DNA of 64,000 nt from an uncultured Planctomycetia bacterium (GCA_964489445.1 CAZAYU010000001.1:442480-506479); one strand, 5' to 3'. Numbered from the stretch's first letter, positions 1-11,736 are shown. The notes: generated by a model from the letters alone, not told the origin. Translations and numbers: made by a program.

Positions 1-85
1 TTTTTTTATTATTATCCGGCAAACAAAGGATTAACAGAGCTAAGCTGATTCCGGCTCCAATTAACGCCCATAAAAGTATTATCAT
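1..85 (-). CDS. Partial hypothetical membrane protein; the N-terminus lies in the window and the gene runs off the left edge
   Basis: Minus-strand ATG near 85 followed by a hydrophobic N-terminus (MIILLWALIGAGISLALLILCLPDNNKK). There is no strong SD. Confidence 0.2.
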   Translation of the reverse strand, partial: MIILLWALIGAGISLALLILCLPDNNKK

Positions 86-111
86 ACTATCACGTCAGAG
101 TTTACTAGATA

Positions 112-810
112 TTAATAGACATGAACACTATTTTTACTTCGTTCCTTTACTAAATAATGCTTAATTAACGGGCTTAAAAATGTATAGGCAAGAAAAAATA
201 ACCAAATAGTTATAATCGGAATAATAAAGCATAGCAATAAAATTAATATAAACCCGGGTAAATAGCGAACCGTCAATATTTTATCTTGTTTGAAAGAAGG
301 ATATTTAATGTTTGAAACCATTAAAAAAGCTAAGATTAAAGGGAAGAATAAGACAACACTTGTTATTAAATTAGAATTGTTTTTTTGAAAAACTAAAATA
401 GTTAGGGCTATCATGCTTCCGGCAGCTGTAATCGGTAGCCCTTTAAAAAAATCATTTGGTTTTTCTGCCGCTGATGCATTAAATCTGGCAAGCCGCCAAA
501 CTCCACAGAAAAGATATATCAGCATAAACGCTAAAGCAAGATTGCGCGCTGACTGATAATTAAGCATATACATAAGAACAAGCGGGGCAACGCCAAAAGA
601 AATTACATCCGATAAGGAATCTAAATTTTTGCCTAGGCTTGAACTTATTTTAAACTTTCGGGCAATTTTTCCGTCAAAAATATCTAGGCTTGCCGCAATT
701 ATAATTGCCCAAGCAGCAAAAACATATTGCCCGCTTATCGCAGAAGTAATTGCCATGACTCCACAAAAAAGATTGCTTAAAGTTACAATATTGCACAACA
801 CAATCATCAA
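112..810 (-). CDS. pssA: CDP-diacylglycerol--serine O-phosphatidyltransferase, a CDP-alcohol phosphatidyltransferase (phosphatidylserine synthase)
   Basis: Carries the CDP-OH phosphatidyltransferase motif DIFDGKIARKFKISSSLGKNLDSLSDVISFG (DG..AR...G...D...D). It is a multi-TM protein of 232 aa. Confidence 0.75.
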   Translation of the reverse strand: MMIVLCNIVTLSNLFCGVMAITSAISGQYVFAAWAIIIAASLDIFDGKIARKFKISSSLGKNLDSLSDVISFGVAPLVLMYMLNYQSARNLALAFMLIYLFCGVWRLARFNASAAEKPNDFFKGLPITAAGSMIALTILVFQKNNSNLITSVVLFFPLILAFLMVSNIKYPSFKQDKILTVRYLPGFILILLLCFIIPIITIWLFFLAYTFLSPLIKHYLVKERSKNSVHVY

Positions 811-832
811 AACTACCTTTTAAAGCTAGACC

Positions 833-942
833 TACTTAAGTAATTGAGACATGCCGTAAGCTGCTCCTGCTGACAAAGCAGCAGCTAGAAGCCCACAACC
901 CTGTATAAATAAAATTGAAGACATTAATAAAATAATTAGCAT
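833..942 (-). CDS. Small putative lipoprotein or secreted peptide of 35 aa, absent from the ORF track
   Basis: A strong SD (GGAGG) sits 11 nt upstream of the ATG. The product MLIILLMSSILFIQGCGLLAAALSAGAAYGMSQLLK has a lipobox-like LFIQGC. Confidence 0.3.
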
Positions 943-1174
943 TCTCTTCAAAATTCCTCCTTTTATAAAAAACTGTCTTATTATACCATTCAACTTAAGC
1001 GGAAGCAAAAAATATAAATTCTTTTCTTTCTCAGTGCCATTGGCTAAGATTATCTTCTATAGCTAATTTCGAACTGTAAATATAACCCTTCTGCACCTAT
1101 CCCCAAATTAAACGATACTATAGTTAGCTTGCTTGACAACTAAACAGAAATTCATACTGAAGTTTCAGCCTAGC

Positions 1175-2554
1175 TTAAAAAGGTATAGGCAAGAAATAAG
1201 CATGGACTTTAACAGCTAGCGTTCCTATTCTTATAGACCATAGAATCGAAATAATTACGAACAAGTTTAAACATATAAGCCCGGTTCTTTTCAAAAATAA
1301 AGGAAGCATTAGCAATCTCCCTTTAAGCTTGGACAAAAAATTCGCACTTAACAAGCATAAGGCCGGATAAGCTGGGAGGATATACCTATTGTCGGGACCT
1401 GTCATTCTATCCAATGAAGTAAAAACTGTTACGAGCACAAAAAAAGATAAAAACCAAATTATTAGCAAAAAATTATTTAACGACTTTTCTTTCATAAAAG
1501 AAAAAACTATATAAAAATAACCGAATATTAGCATGGGATTTTGATAGGGTATATCTATTAAATATGTATACCATGGTCTATTATTTATCCATTTAAAAAA
1601 CGAGTGAACATCCTCTATGCCTAACGCTGAAGGGTTGTAGAAAAATGTACCATAGTGTTTAAAAACTTGGAAATACCATGAAAATACAATTATTACTATA
1701 ATACTAAAAAACAATACCAGTTTTTTTAAATTTAAAAAATCATATTTTCGATAATCAGACAAATGGACCATTCCACAGCGTAACATAATATACACAAGCA
1801 CAATATTAAATAAAACTATCAATGCATTATTTTTAGTAAGTAGACCTAAAGCACAAGTTACTGCTGAAAGATAAAAAAACAATGATGTTTTTTTTCTCAA
1901 GAATAAGTAAAAAAACCATAATGTTAATGTAGTCAGCAACCCAAGCAATGTATCCGCCCAAATTCTATGCGAAGCCAATATATCAATGGGACTAACTAGC
2001 ATAAATAAAGCAGCATAAAAAGCTACTGATTCAGAAAATAGATAGTTCCCTAAAAAATATACAGCAAGTACGGTCAAGATACTTAATAAAAATGGTACAA
2101 CAACTGCATAAAGCTGTTTCTTAACAACTTCAAAAGAAGAAACATGCTTATCTCCTCGATCTCGTAGGCTTAAAACATAATCCTTTTCTGCACAACACAA
2201 CAGATGAGAAAGGCTTAGTAATTGCGGAAATAATGGTGGTGAAAAATAAAAAATCTGATCATCTAGTTTAAATCCATCACGATTTCTTTCCTTTAAGAGT
2301 CTTCCCTTCTTATCTTTTGATAAACTTAGAAAGAGAAATCCATTATTTTTGTAATATTCTATACCCTGTAAATTATATTCTTTTAATCCCTTATTATTTT
2401 CAATTTTTAAGGCCAAACCAAGATAGCTTTTTTCATCTCCAGATGCATTAAAAGTAACTTTACCTTCCCAAAAAGTAGTTACACGAAGAGCTAATGTCAG
2501 AAACAAAATAAAAAGTAAACAAAATATCTTTTTCATGCTTTTTATTGCACCCAC
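1175..2554 (-). CDS. GT-C fold membrane glycosyltransferase, ArnT/PMT-like (PF13231-type)
   Basis: An N-terminal TM segment is followed by a DE-containing loop (SGDEKSYLGLALK). The multi-TM core AFYAALFMLVSPIDILASHRIWADTLLGLL is typical of GT39/GT83-like enzymes. Confidence 0.5.
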   Translation of the reverse strand: MGAIKSMKKIFCLLFILFLTLALRVTTFWEGKVTFNASGDEKSYLGLALKIENNKGLKEYNLQGIEYYKNNGFLFLSLSKDKKGRLLKERNRDGFKLDDQIFYFSPPLFPQLLSLSHLLCCAEKDYVLSLRDRGDKHVSSFEVVKKQLYAVVVPFLLSILTVLAVYFLGNYLFSESVAFYAALFMLVSPIDILASHRIWADTLLGLLTTLTLWFFYLFLRKKTSLFFYLSAVTCALGLLTKNNALIVLFNIVLVYIMLRCGMVHLSDYRKYDFLNLKKLVLFFSIIVIIVFSWYFQVFKHYGTFFYNPSALGIEDVHSFFKWINNRPWYTYLIDIPYQNPMLIFGYFYIVFSFMKEKSLNNFLLIIWFLSFFVLVTVFTSLDRMTGPDNRYILPAYPALCLLSANFLSKLKGRLLMLPLFLKRTGLICLNLFVIISILWSIRIGTLAVKVHAYFLPIPF

Positions 2555-2780
2555 AATAATAAACTACCCCTCTTGAAGAGTTACTTTACAAATTTAATCT
2601 TTTTTTATTTTTATAAATATAACATCTTGCTCTAAACAAATAACACTCTCAGCTGATACTTTCTTCAATAAAAATATTATATACTGATTTCAAAAATAGC
2701 CAATATTTAGTAAATCGTTTTATCTGCACCGAATAAACACACTGAAATAACTAGCATTCATACTATGCACGAATTAATTA

Positions 2781-2828
2781 AAAATAAAAAAACCCTACAA
2801 TCGTTTAAAATCGTAGGGTTTCCAGGTT
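2781..2828 (-). terminator. Rho-independent terminator downstream of tRNA-fMet
   Basis: In minus-sense the sequence is CCCTACGATTT-TAAAC-GATTGTAGGG followed by T9ATTTT, giving a stem of about 10 bp (with G-U pairs) and then a U-run. Confidence 0.55.
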
Positions 2829-2835
2829 ATTCTTA

Positions 2836-2909
2836 TTGCGGGGAGAAGATTTGAACTTCTGACCTCAAGGTTATGAGCCTTGCGAGCTACCTGGCTGCTC
2901 CACCCCGCG
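2836..2909 (-). tRNA. tRNA-Met (CAU), with initiator-type (fMet) features
   Basis: Reverse complement reads CGCGGGGTGGAGCAGCCAGGTAGCTCGCAAGGCTCATAACCTTGAGGTCAGAAGTTCAAATCTTCTCCCCGCA with a CAT anticodon. It has the C1.A72 mismatch and A11:U24, and is close to E. coli tRNA-fMet. CCA is not encoded. Confidence 0.85.
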
Positions 2910-2979
2910 ATACAATATTAAGTACACTAATAAGTTATTATATTTTCGACTTTAATTTGAATTGTATTCTAACAACTTA

Positions 2980-4558
<1,579 letters not shown>

Positions 4559-4602
4559 TTAATTTTTTTCTTTGCCTTTTATTATTTAAATTACAGTATT
4601 AA

Positions 4603-5151
4603 TCACTTTTTATTTTTTTTACAACTTTCACATTCTGCCTTTTTTCTATACAGCCCGATAATTTTTGCTTCAGCAATTATATGACCTTGCATTGCCTCCA
4701 CAACTTCCTTTTTATTCGCTCCTTGACTTAGAGAAAGGATCTCTCCTATAGCGTAAAGCTTAAAAGAATATCTATGTACTCCTCCCTGTTTAGGGCAAGG
4801 TCCGCGGTAACATTCTTTACCAAAATCATTAATACCTTTTATAACCCCTAAAGACTCAAGTTCTGTACCGCTGATCGCCTCTTTGATTCCGGAAATATTA
4901 ACCGGAATATTAAATAACAGCCAATGAGTCCAAATATTATACGGAGCATCAGAATCATCGCAAATAAGGACAAGACTTTTTGCATTAGAAGGAATACTAT
5001 CCCAATGTAGCGGTGGCGAGAAATCTTGTGCATCACATGTATAACGGTCAGGAATATAGCCTTTGCTTTCAAATACCTCACTCTTAATATCAAAAGCAAA
5101 ACTATTACCCACTAAAAACAATCCCGCCAAAACAAAAAACAATATCTTCAT
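4603..5151 (-). CDS. YbhB/YbcL family PEBP-like (Raf kinase inhibitor-like) protein, secreted
   Basis: Signal peptide followed by PEBP motifs (DFSPPLHW, LVLICDDSDAP, GGVHRYSFKLYA). Confidence 0.7.
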   Translation of the reverse strand: MKILFFVLAGLFLVGNSFAFDIKSEVFESKGYIPDRYTCDAQDFSPPLHWDSIPSNAKSLVLICDDSDAPYNIWTHWLLFNIPVNISGIKEAISGTELESLGVIKGINDFGKECYRGPCPKQGGVHRYSFKLYAIGEILSLSQGANKKEVVEAMQGHIIAEAKIIGLYRKKAECESCKKNKK

Positions 5152-5203
5152 TTTTTCTCCTGTTTTGTGAAATTACCTATTTGCTTTTTCCTTATTAACA
5201 AGA

Positions 5204-6388
5204 TTAATAAAGCCCGCTTTTAAAAACTTTTTGCAATATTTTTTTATCTACGGTCAAAGCAAATCTTATAAACCCCTCACCATATTTTCCAAAACCTACA
5301 CCCGGAGTAGCCACAATATTTTTTTTAGTAAGCAAATGCTCTGTAAGTTTTAAAGAAGACCCAAAGCAAGAAGGAATTCTAGCCCAAACATAAAATGTAG
5401 AGCTGGCATAGATATCTTTAAAACCATTTTCTTTCAAATTTCTCACAAAGAAATCTCTTCTTTCCTTAAATATTTTTCTTAACTCGCAAACATACTGCTG
5501 TTCGTTCTCTAAAGCAGCCACCCCTGCTTCTTGCACTGCTTGGAAAACACCTGAATCAATATTTCCTTTTACTTTTAAAAGTGTTTTTATTAAGTTCTTG
5601 TTTCCTGCTGCCCAACCAACCCTAAAACCAGTCATGCAAAATGTTTTAGAAAGTGAATGAAACTCAATTGCCACTTCTTTAGCTCCATTTACTTCAAGTA
5701 TGCTATGAGGCTTATCTTTAAAGTATATTTCTGAATAAGCATTATCATAGGCAATAATGATACCGTATTTTACACAAAATTTAACTACATCTTCCATAAA
5801 CCGCAAGGAAGCTAGTGAGGTGGTCGGATTGTTAGGGTAATTTAAATAAATTATTTTTGCTTTGTTGCGCACTGAAACAGGAATTTTGTTTAATTCCGGT
5901 AAAAACAAATTCGTTTCTAAAAGAGGCATCTCATAAATTTTTGCTCCGGAAAAAATAGCCGCACCGCGATACCCTGGATATCCAGGAGAAGGAATAATGA
6001 CATAATCACCGGGGTTAACAAATCCTAAAGGAAAGTGCACTAGCCCCTCTTTCGAGCCGATCAACGGCAAAATTTCTTCGTTCTCATTTAAAATGACCTT
6101 AAATCTCTTTTGGGACCATTTTTTTATTGATTTTCGAAATCCTAAGTGTCCTTGGTCTAAAGCATACTTCTGATTTTCTTTCTTTTTCGCTGCAGAAAAT
6201 AAAACTTTGCATACATTTGAAGGAGTAAGAATATCCGGATCCCCAATACTTAAATCAATGAATTTAACACCTTTGCTTTTAAGCTTTGACTTTGTTTTAT
6301 CAATTTCTGCAAATAAATAAGGTGGCAATTTTTTTAAACGCTCTGATATTTCAAAATTACTCATGTTTATCCTTTTTTTTATTTTCAA
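5204..6388 (-). CDS. dapL: LL-diaminopimelate aminotransferase (class I aminotransferase)
   Basis: The N-terminus LKKLPPYLFAEIDKTKSKL is typical of DapL. It has a PLP-aminotransferase fold and sits inside the dapB/dapA/dapF/lysA cluster. Confidence 0.65.
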   Translation of the reverse strand: MKIKKRINMSNFEISERLKKLPPYLFAEIDKTKSKLKSKGVKFIDLSIGDPDILTPSNVCKVLFSAAKKKENQKYALDQGHLGFRKSIKKWSQKRFKVILNENEEILPLIGSKEGLVHFPLGFVNPGDYVIIPSPGYPGYRGAAIFSGAKIYEMPLLETNLFLPELNKIPVSVRNKAKIIYLNYPNNPTTSLASLRFMEDVVKFCVKYGIIIAYDNAYSEIYFKDKPHSILEVNGAKEVAIEFHSLSKTFCMTGFRVGWAAGNKNLIKTLLKVKGNIDSGVFQAVQEAGVAALENEQQYVCELRKIFKERRDFFVRNLKENGFKDIYASSTFYVWARIPSCFGSSLKLTEHLLTKKNIVATPGVGFGKYGEGFIRFALTVDKKILQKVFKSGLY

Positions 6389-7097
6389 ATAAAATATCGT
6401 CCATTGAAAATAATCCCGATTTTTTACTCACCACCCACCTAGCACCTAATAAAGCACCTTGGGCAAAAATATCTCTGGTTTTCGCACTGTGGCTTAATTC
6501 AATTCTATCCACCGCACTTTCTAATATAACTTTGTGATCTCCGACAATCTCATCTTCTCTAACCGCAGTTATTTCTTCTTGTTTAATATTATATCCCTCT
6601 TGATTCAAAATCTCAGCAATCATTTTAGCCGTACCCGAAGGAGAATCTTTTTTATGAATATGATGGGCTTCCCAGACATCTGCCTTGTACCCTTTTAAAA
6701 CACCAGCCGCTTGGCTAATCAGCCTAAACAACAGGTTAACCCCAATGCTCATATTCGGCGAAAAAACTATCGGTATTTTGTTCGCGGCTTCTTTAAGGCT
6801 TAACTTCTCACTTTCCTCTAATCCCGTCATACCCACAACAAAAGGTTTTTGGTAACCAAGCACAATGGAAAGATGATCCTTCAAAGCAAAAGAAGAACTA
6901 AAATCGATGATGCAATCACATTCGTTAATTTTTCGATAATCATCAGTTATTTTAACTTTTTCGATTAACCGGCCGATATCTGGATGCGCTTTACACTCAA
7001 AACCAAAAACTACTTCCAAAGCACCATCTTTCTCCGCCAGATTAATTATTCTCTGGCCCATCCTTCCTCTTGCCCCGATTACACCGATTCTAATCAT
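6357..7097 (-). CDS. dapB: 4-hydroxy-tetrahydrodipicolinate reductase
   Basis: MIRIGVIGARGRMGQRII.. gives an NAD(P)-binding N-terminus, and the C-terminal domain is DapB-like. Confidence 0.9.
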   Translation of the reverse strand: MIRIGVIGARGRMGQRIINLAEKDGALEVVFGFECKAHPDIGRLIEKVKITDDYRKINECDCIIDFSSSFALKDHLSIVLGYQKPFVVGMTGLEESEKLSLKEAANKIPIVFSPNMSIGVNLLFRLISQAAGVLKGYKADVWEAHHIHKKDSPSGTAKMIAEILNQEGYNIKQEEITAVREDEIVGDHKVILESAVDRIELSHSAKTRDIFAQGALLGARWVVSKKSGLFSMDDILFENKKKDKHE

Positions 7098-7114
7098 TAT
7101 CTTTCTTTAATACT

Positions 7115-8008
7115 TTAAGAAATTAATTTATACTTTTTTAAAACTTCTTTTAACTTCAAATAATTCTCTTTGCTTAACTCACAAAGAGGTAATCTTAAAT
7201 TAAATTTAATTAGACCCATAAGATTTAGCGCGGTTTTTACCGGTATCGGATTAGTTTCTACAAATAAAATCTTAATTATATCATAAAGGTATAATTGCAA
7301 TTTCTTCGCTTCTTGAAAATTTCCATCTAAAAAGCTTGTAACTAAATCATGACTTTCTTTGGGGGTAATATTTGCAACTACCGAAATTGCCCCTGCGCCC
7401 CCCACAGACATTATCGGAAGATTAATTTCATCGGCTCCGGAAAATAGCAAAAACTGATCATCAACTAAAGTCATAATCTTGGTCACCTGATCTAACGACC
7501 CACTAGCCTCTTTAATTCCCACAATATTTTGACAATCTTTATACAGTCTTGCAGTTGTTTCGGGAAGAATATTACTACCGGTTCGCGAAGGAACATTATA
7601 AATAATCACGGGAATATCCACACTGTCGGCTATTTTCTTAAAGTGCCGGTATAGTCCTTCTTGGGTAGGCTTATTATAGTATGGGGTAATAACCAAAGCA
7701 TAATCAGCACCTACTTTCTTAGCATGCTCAACCAAGTCTAATGCTTCTTTGGTTGAATTAGAGCCACATCCAGCAATAACCGGAATTCTTTTATTAACCT
7801 CTTCTACGGCAAGTTCTATAAGCTTCTTGTGTTCCTGGTGGGTTAGTGTAGCGCTTTCCCCCGTTGTTCCGCAAGTTAGAATTCCATCGGTACAATTATC
7901 AATGTGCCAATTAATCAAGGAACGAAATTCTTTCTCATCAATTAAATTATTATCATCGAAAGGTGTAACTAAAGCAACAATACTGCCTTTAAGCATAATT
8001 TCCTCCAT
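7115..8008 (-). CDS. dapA: 4-hydroxy-tetrahydrodipicolinate synthase
   Basis: GSIVALVTPFDDNN...GILTCGTTGESATLTHQEH matches the DapA/NAL family. Confidence 0.9.
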   Translation of the reverse strand: MEEIMLKGSIVALVTPFDDNNLIDEKEFRSLINWHIDNCTDGILTCGTTGESATLTHQEHKKLIELAVEEVNKRIPVIAGCGSNSTKEALDLVEHAKKVGADYALVITPYYNKPTQEGLYRHFKKIADSVDIPVIIYNVPSRTGSNILPETTARLYKDCQNIVGIKEASGSLDQVTKIMTLVDDQFLLFSGADEINLPIMSVGGAGAISVVANITPKESHDLVTSFLDGNFQEAKKLQLYLYDIIKILFVETNPIPVKTALNLMGLIKFNLRLPLCELSKENYLKLKEVLKKYKLIS

Positions 8009-8052
8009 TTTTGATAAATATTAATCACCCATTAAAAAGTCAAATATTTATT

Positions 8053-8952
8053 TTACACAGAATATGTTAAATCTCCTTCACAGACTAGATAAGCTTTCCC
8101 TTCTAACCAGATATCATCTATCTTATTATTTTGCCGATTTAAATACACTTTTAAAGTTTCTCCGCTTTTTACCTTAACTTTGATTGCTTCTTTACCAGAA
8201 AAAGTCAATGGCCTTAGCTTACAACTTGAAATCACCGCCCCCGCCACTGAACCAGTACCACAGGCTAACGTTTCCGCCTCAACGCCCCTCTCATAGGTTC
8301 TGATTTTAATTACATTGCTTTTTCCAATCTCGACAAAATCAACATTTGTTCCTGCAGGTTTAAATTTCCCGTTTAGTCTTATCGCTTTCCCAATGTTATT
8401 GACATCGATAATATCTAGGTTCTCTACAAACACTACCACATGCGGAACGCCAGTATTTACAAAATCAACACGAATGTTTTTCCCAAAAATCTTCAGCGGG
8501 ATTCTAAGCTTCAGGTTAAACGGATCAGTCATATTGATCCGAACCTCTGCAAAATTTCCTTGTGCGTTGATTGCTGTCTTCGTTAAGCTTATTCGAGACG
8601 TAATTAGCCCTGCTTTAGTTTCAAAGCTCATGCTGTTAATTTTTGCTTTTTTGCTATTTAGCTTAGCCCAAAGCCCCGCACACCTTGCCCCGTTGCCACA
8701 CATTTCTGCCTCTGAGCCATCAGGATTAAATATTCTCATCTTAAACAATGCCTGTTTTGAAGGTTCAATAACCAACAAGCCATCAGCGCCAATGCTAATC
8801 TTTCGTTGACAATATTTCCTGGCTATGCTCTTATACGCTGCTGTTTGCGCTGACTGCTTACCAGAAAACAAGCGAGCTGCAAGGTCTGATCTTTTGATTA
8901 AAATAAAATCATTGCCGGAAGCTTGTAATTTACAGAAATGTATTTTCTTCAT
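8053..8952 (-). CDS. dapF: Diaminopimelate epimerase
   Basis: FCKLQASGNDFILI is present, with catalytic Cys motifs GNGARC and ACGTGS. Confidence 0.9.
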   Translation of the reverse strand: MKKIHFCKLQASGNDFILIKRSDLAARLFSGKQSAQTAAYKSIARKYCQRKISIGADGLLVIEPSKQALFKMRIFNPDGSEAEMCGNGARCAGLWAKLNSKKAKINSMSFETKAGLITSRISLTKTAINAQGNFAEVRINMTDPFNLKLRIPLKIFGKNIRVDFVNTGVPHVVVFVENLDIIDVNNIGKAIRLNGKFKPAGTNVDFVEIGKSNVIKIRTYERGVEAETLACGTGSVAGAVISSCKLRPLTFSGKEAIKVKVKSGETLKVYLNRQNNKIDDIWLEGKAYLVCEGDLTYSV

Positions 8953-8981
8953 ATTTTATACCTTTCGCTAGCTATTTGTTG

Positions 8982-10244
8982 TTATACAATTACTTCATTT
9001 TTAATTAAGTCGTTTAACGTTTCCCTCTTGCGTACTAAAAAAGCTTTATTCTTTTTAACTAACACCTCTGCTGAACGCACTCTTGAATTATAATTAGAGC
9101 TCATTGCAAACCCATACGCACCTGCTCCTAGTACTGCTATGTAATCACCTTCTCCTACATCTAATTTTCTATTTTTTCCTAAAAAATCTCCGCTTTCGCA
9201 AACCGGGCCCACCACATCAGCTTCCTTCTGCGCTATTTGCTTGGCAGATTTACAATTTGGTAGCTTTTTTAAAGAAATTATCTTATGATAAGCCCCATAT
9301 AAGGAAGGCCTAGCTAAATCATTCATTGCTGCGTCAACAATAATAAACTTTTTTTGAGCCTGTTCTTTTAAATAAATAACCTTTGTTACTAAAATTCCGG
9401 CATTCCCCACAATAAATCTGCCAGGCTCTAAAATAATCTTTAGACAATGCTGTTTAAGCAACGGCAACACTTTATGTGCAAACTCTTCAGGAGTCTGCGG
9501 TTTTTCTTTATCGTACATAATCCCCAGTCCTCCGCCGATATTTAAATATTTAAGTGTAATTTTCTTTTTCTTTAACTCAGAAATAAAATTATTAGCTATT
9601 TTAATTGCTTTAATAAATGGTGCACTCTCAGTTATTTGTGAGCCAATATGTATATGCAATCCTGATAAGTTTAGATTAGGATAATTATTACGATTTAGAA
9701 AAATATCTCTAGCTGTATCTCGATCAATGCCAAATTTATTTTCTTTTTTCCCGGTTGTAATATATGCATGAGTTTTCGGGCTGACATCCGGATTAAACCT
9801 TAGCGCTACATCTACTTTTCTGGCTAATTTTCCAGCAATCAGGTTTATCCTATTAAGCTCCGCCGGAGACTCAACATTAAACATCAATATTCCGTTGCAT
9901 ATTGCCTCTTCTATCTCTTTGCTAGTCTTTCCCACTGAAGCATAAACTACTTTTTTTAAAGGACATTTAATTTTTTTCGCTCGGTACAACTCTCCACCAG
10001 AAACAATATCCAGCCCCGAACCCTCTTTTACCAGCATTTTTAATATAGAAAGATTGGAATTAGCTTTTACCGAATAACAAATTAGCGGTTTGATAAGATG
10101 AAACGCTTTTTTTAATTTCCTAAAATGTTCTACAATTGTTTTCGCACTATAAATATAGAGGGGAGTTTGATACCTGCGAGCTAGATATTCAACCTTAACC
10201 TCTTCACAATAGAAATCCCCTTTCTTAAACTGAAAGTAATCCAT
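8982..10244 (-). CDS. lysA: Diaminopimelate decarboxylase
   Basis: A PLP-dependent Orn/DAP/Arg decarboxylase fold of 420 aa with an LysA-like C-terminus (CESGDFLG). Confidence 0.9.
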   Translation of the reverse strand: MDYFQFKKGDFYCEEVKVEYLARRYQTPLYIYSAKTIVEHFRKLKKAFHLIKPLICYSVKANSNLSILKMLVKEGSGLDIVSGGELYRAKKIKCPLKKVVYASVGKTSKEIEEAICNGILMFNVESPAELNRINLIAGKLARKVDVALRFNPDVSPKTHAYITTGKKENKFGIDRDTARDIFLNRNNYPNLNLSGLHIHIGSQITESAPFIKAIKIANNFISELKKKKITLKYLNIGGGLGIMYDKEKPQTPEEFAHKVLPLLKQHCLKIILEPGRFIVGNAGILVTKVIYLKEQAQKKFIIVDAAMNDLARPSLYGAYHKIISLKKLPNCKSAKQIAQKEADVVGPVCESGDFLGKNRKLDVGEGDYIAVLGAGAYGFAMSSNYNSRVRSAEVLVKKNKAFLVRKRETLNDLIKNEVIV

Positions 10245-10251
10245 ATCTGAT

Positions 10252-11667
10252 TTATTTATTTAGCACAGAATTAATTGAAAGGTCGGTTTTATCTTGGAAT
10301 AAATCTTTCCTGCTACCAGGTAAAGATGTCTTCGAGGATACCGCATATTCAGGATTCATAATTTTTAGTATCATTTTCTGGTTTAATTTGCTATGAAAAC
10401 TTTTTAAAGATTTTTCCGGCATTTCCTTTATCTTTATTTGGCTATCTTCCGAAAATCTAACCAAACGCCCAATAGCATTATGCGCTTCTTTAAATGCAAC
10501 GCCTTGATGCACTAAAAATTCCACTAACTCTGTAGCATATAGCTCTTCATCCTCTAAAACAGCATGGATTTTCTTTTTATTAAGTTTCATACCCTTAATA
10601 AATTGGGCCATAATCTTTAATTCTTCTTTTATAGTCTCCGCAGAAGAAAATAACGGTTCTTTATCTAATTGCATATCACGATTGTAAGTAAGCGGTAGCC
10701 CTTTCATGGTAGTCAACACTGACATTAAATTTCCGTATACTTTTCCGGTATTTCCCCTCACCAGCTCTAAAAAGTCGGGATTTTTTTTATGGGGCATCAG
10801 CGATGACCCCGTACAAAACTGCTCAGGTAAATCAAAAAATCCAAATTCCTTGGTAGAATAAAGAATAAAATCCTCAGCCATTCTCGATAAATGCATTTGA
10901 GCAATCGAAAGCATACTTAAAAACTCAATAACAAAATCCCGAGAAGACACATTATCTAAAGAATTCCTGACTGTTTCTGACTTAGAATGTTTAAACTGAA
11001 ATTTAGTAGTTCCTAAAAACTTCTTTATTGCCTCGCTATACGCTGATTTTGGTATCGCACTCCCAGCTAACGCTCCTGAGCCAACATAAATAAATGATTT
11101 TTTTAAAAAACTATCGATACGCTCAAAATCCCTCTCTAACATACAAAAAAATGCTCCGGTATAACTCGAAAAAGAAACTACTTGTGCTCTTTGTGTGTGT
11201 GTATATCCAGGAAGAAAAACATCATGATACCTGGCTCCAAAATGATTTAATTCTGCTAAAATTATATTGAGTAACCCCAATATGTATATTCCTTCTTTAT
11301 AGCAATACCATTTCTCATCAAAAGCAACCTGATCATTCCTAGAACGTAAAGTATGTAGTTTAAGAGATAACTTTCCTACTTTTTTCTCTACTCTATTTTG
11401 AATTTCAGTGTGAATATCTTCAGAGTTAGGATTAAATTTAAATTTTTCGCTTTGCACCTCCTTAAAAATATCATTCAAGGCACCAATTAATTTACGCGCA
11501 TCTAAAGCGTTTATAATCTTAGCCTCCTTTAAGGCGATTACATGAATAATCGAATGATAAATATCGTATTCTGCTAATTTATAATCATAATGTATAGATT
11601 TTTGAAAGTGAAAAAAATCATTGTCTATTTTTTCTTTGAATCTTCCGCCCCAAAGTTTCTTAGCCAT
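10252..11667 (-). CDS. argH: Argininosuccinate lyase
   Basis: MAKKLWGGRFKE is present, along with the fumarate-lyase signature GSSLMPHKKNPD. Confidence 0.9.
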   Translation of the reverse strand: MAKKLWGGRFKEKIDNDFFHFQKSIHYDYKLAEYDIYHSIIHVIALKEAKIINALDARKLIGALNDIFKEVQSEKFKFNPNSEDIHTEIQNRVEKKVGKLSLKLHTLRSRNDQVAFDEKWYCYKEGIYILGLLNIILAELNHFGARYHDVFLPGYTHTQRAQVVSFSSYTGAFFCMLERDFERIDSFLKKSFIYVGSGALAGSAIPKSAYSEAIKKFLGTTKFQFKHSKSETVRNSLDNVSSRDFVIEFLSMLSIAQMHLSRMAEDFILYSTKEFGFFDLPEQFCTGSSLMPHKKNPDFLELVRGNTGKVYGNLMSVLTTMKGLPLTYNRDMQLDKEPLFSSAETIKEELKIMAQFIKGMKLNKKKIHAVLEDEELYATELVEFLVHQGVAFKEAHNAIGRLVRFSEDSQIKIKEMPEKSLKSFHSKLNQKMILKIMNPEYAVSSKTSLPGSRKDLFQDKTDLSINSVLNK

Positions 11668-11736
11668 TACAACCTCGTTTTTTTGTAAGCCCTTAGCCTC
11701 GTTACCTGTTTAAGGAAAGGACCTTTTTCTAAATCA

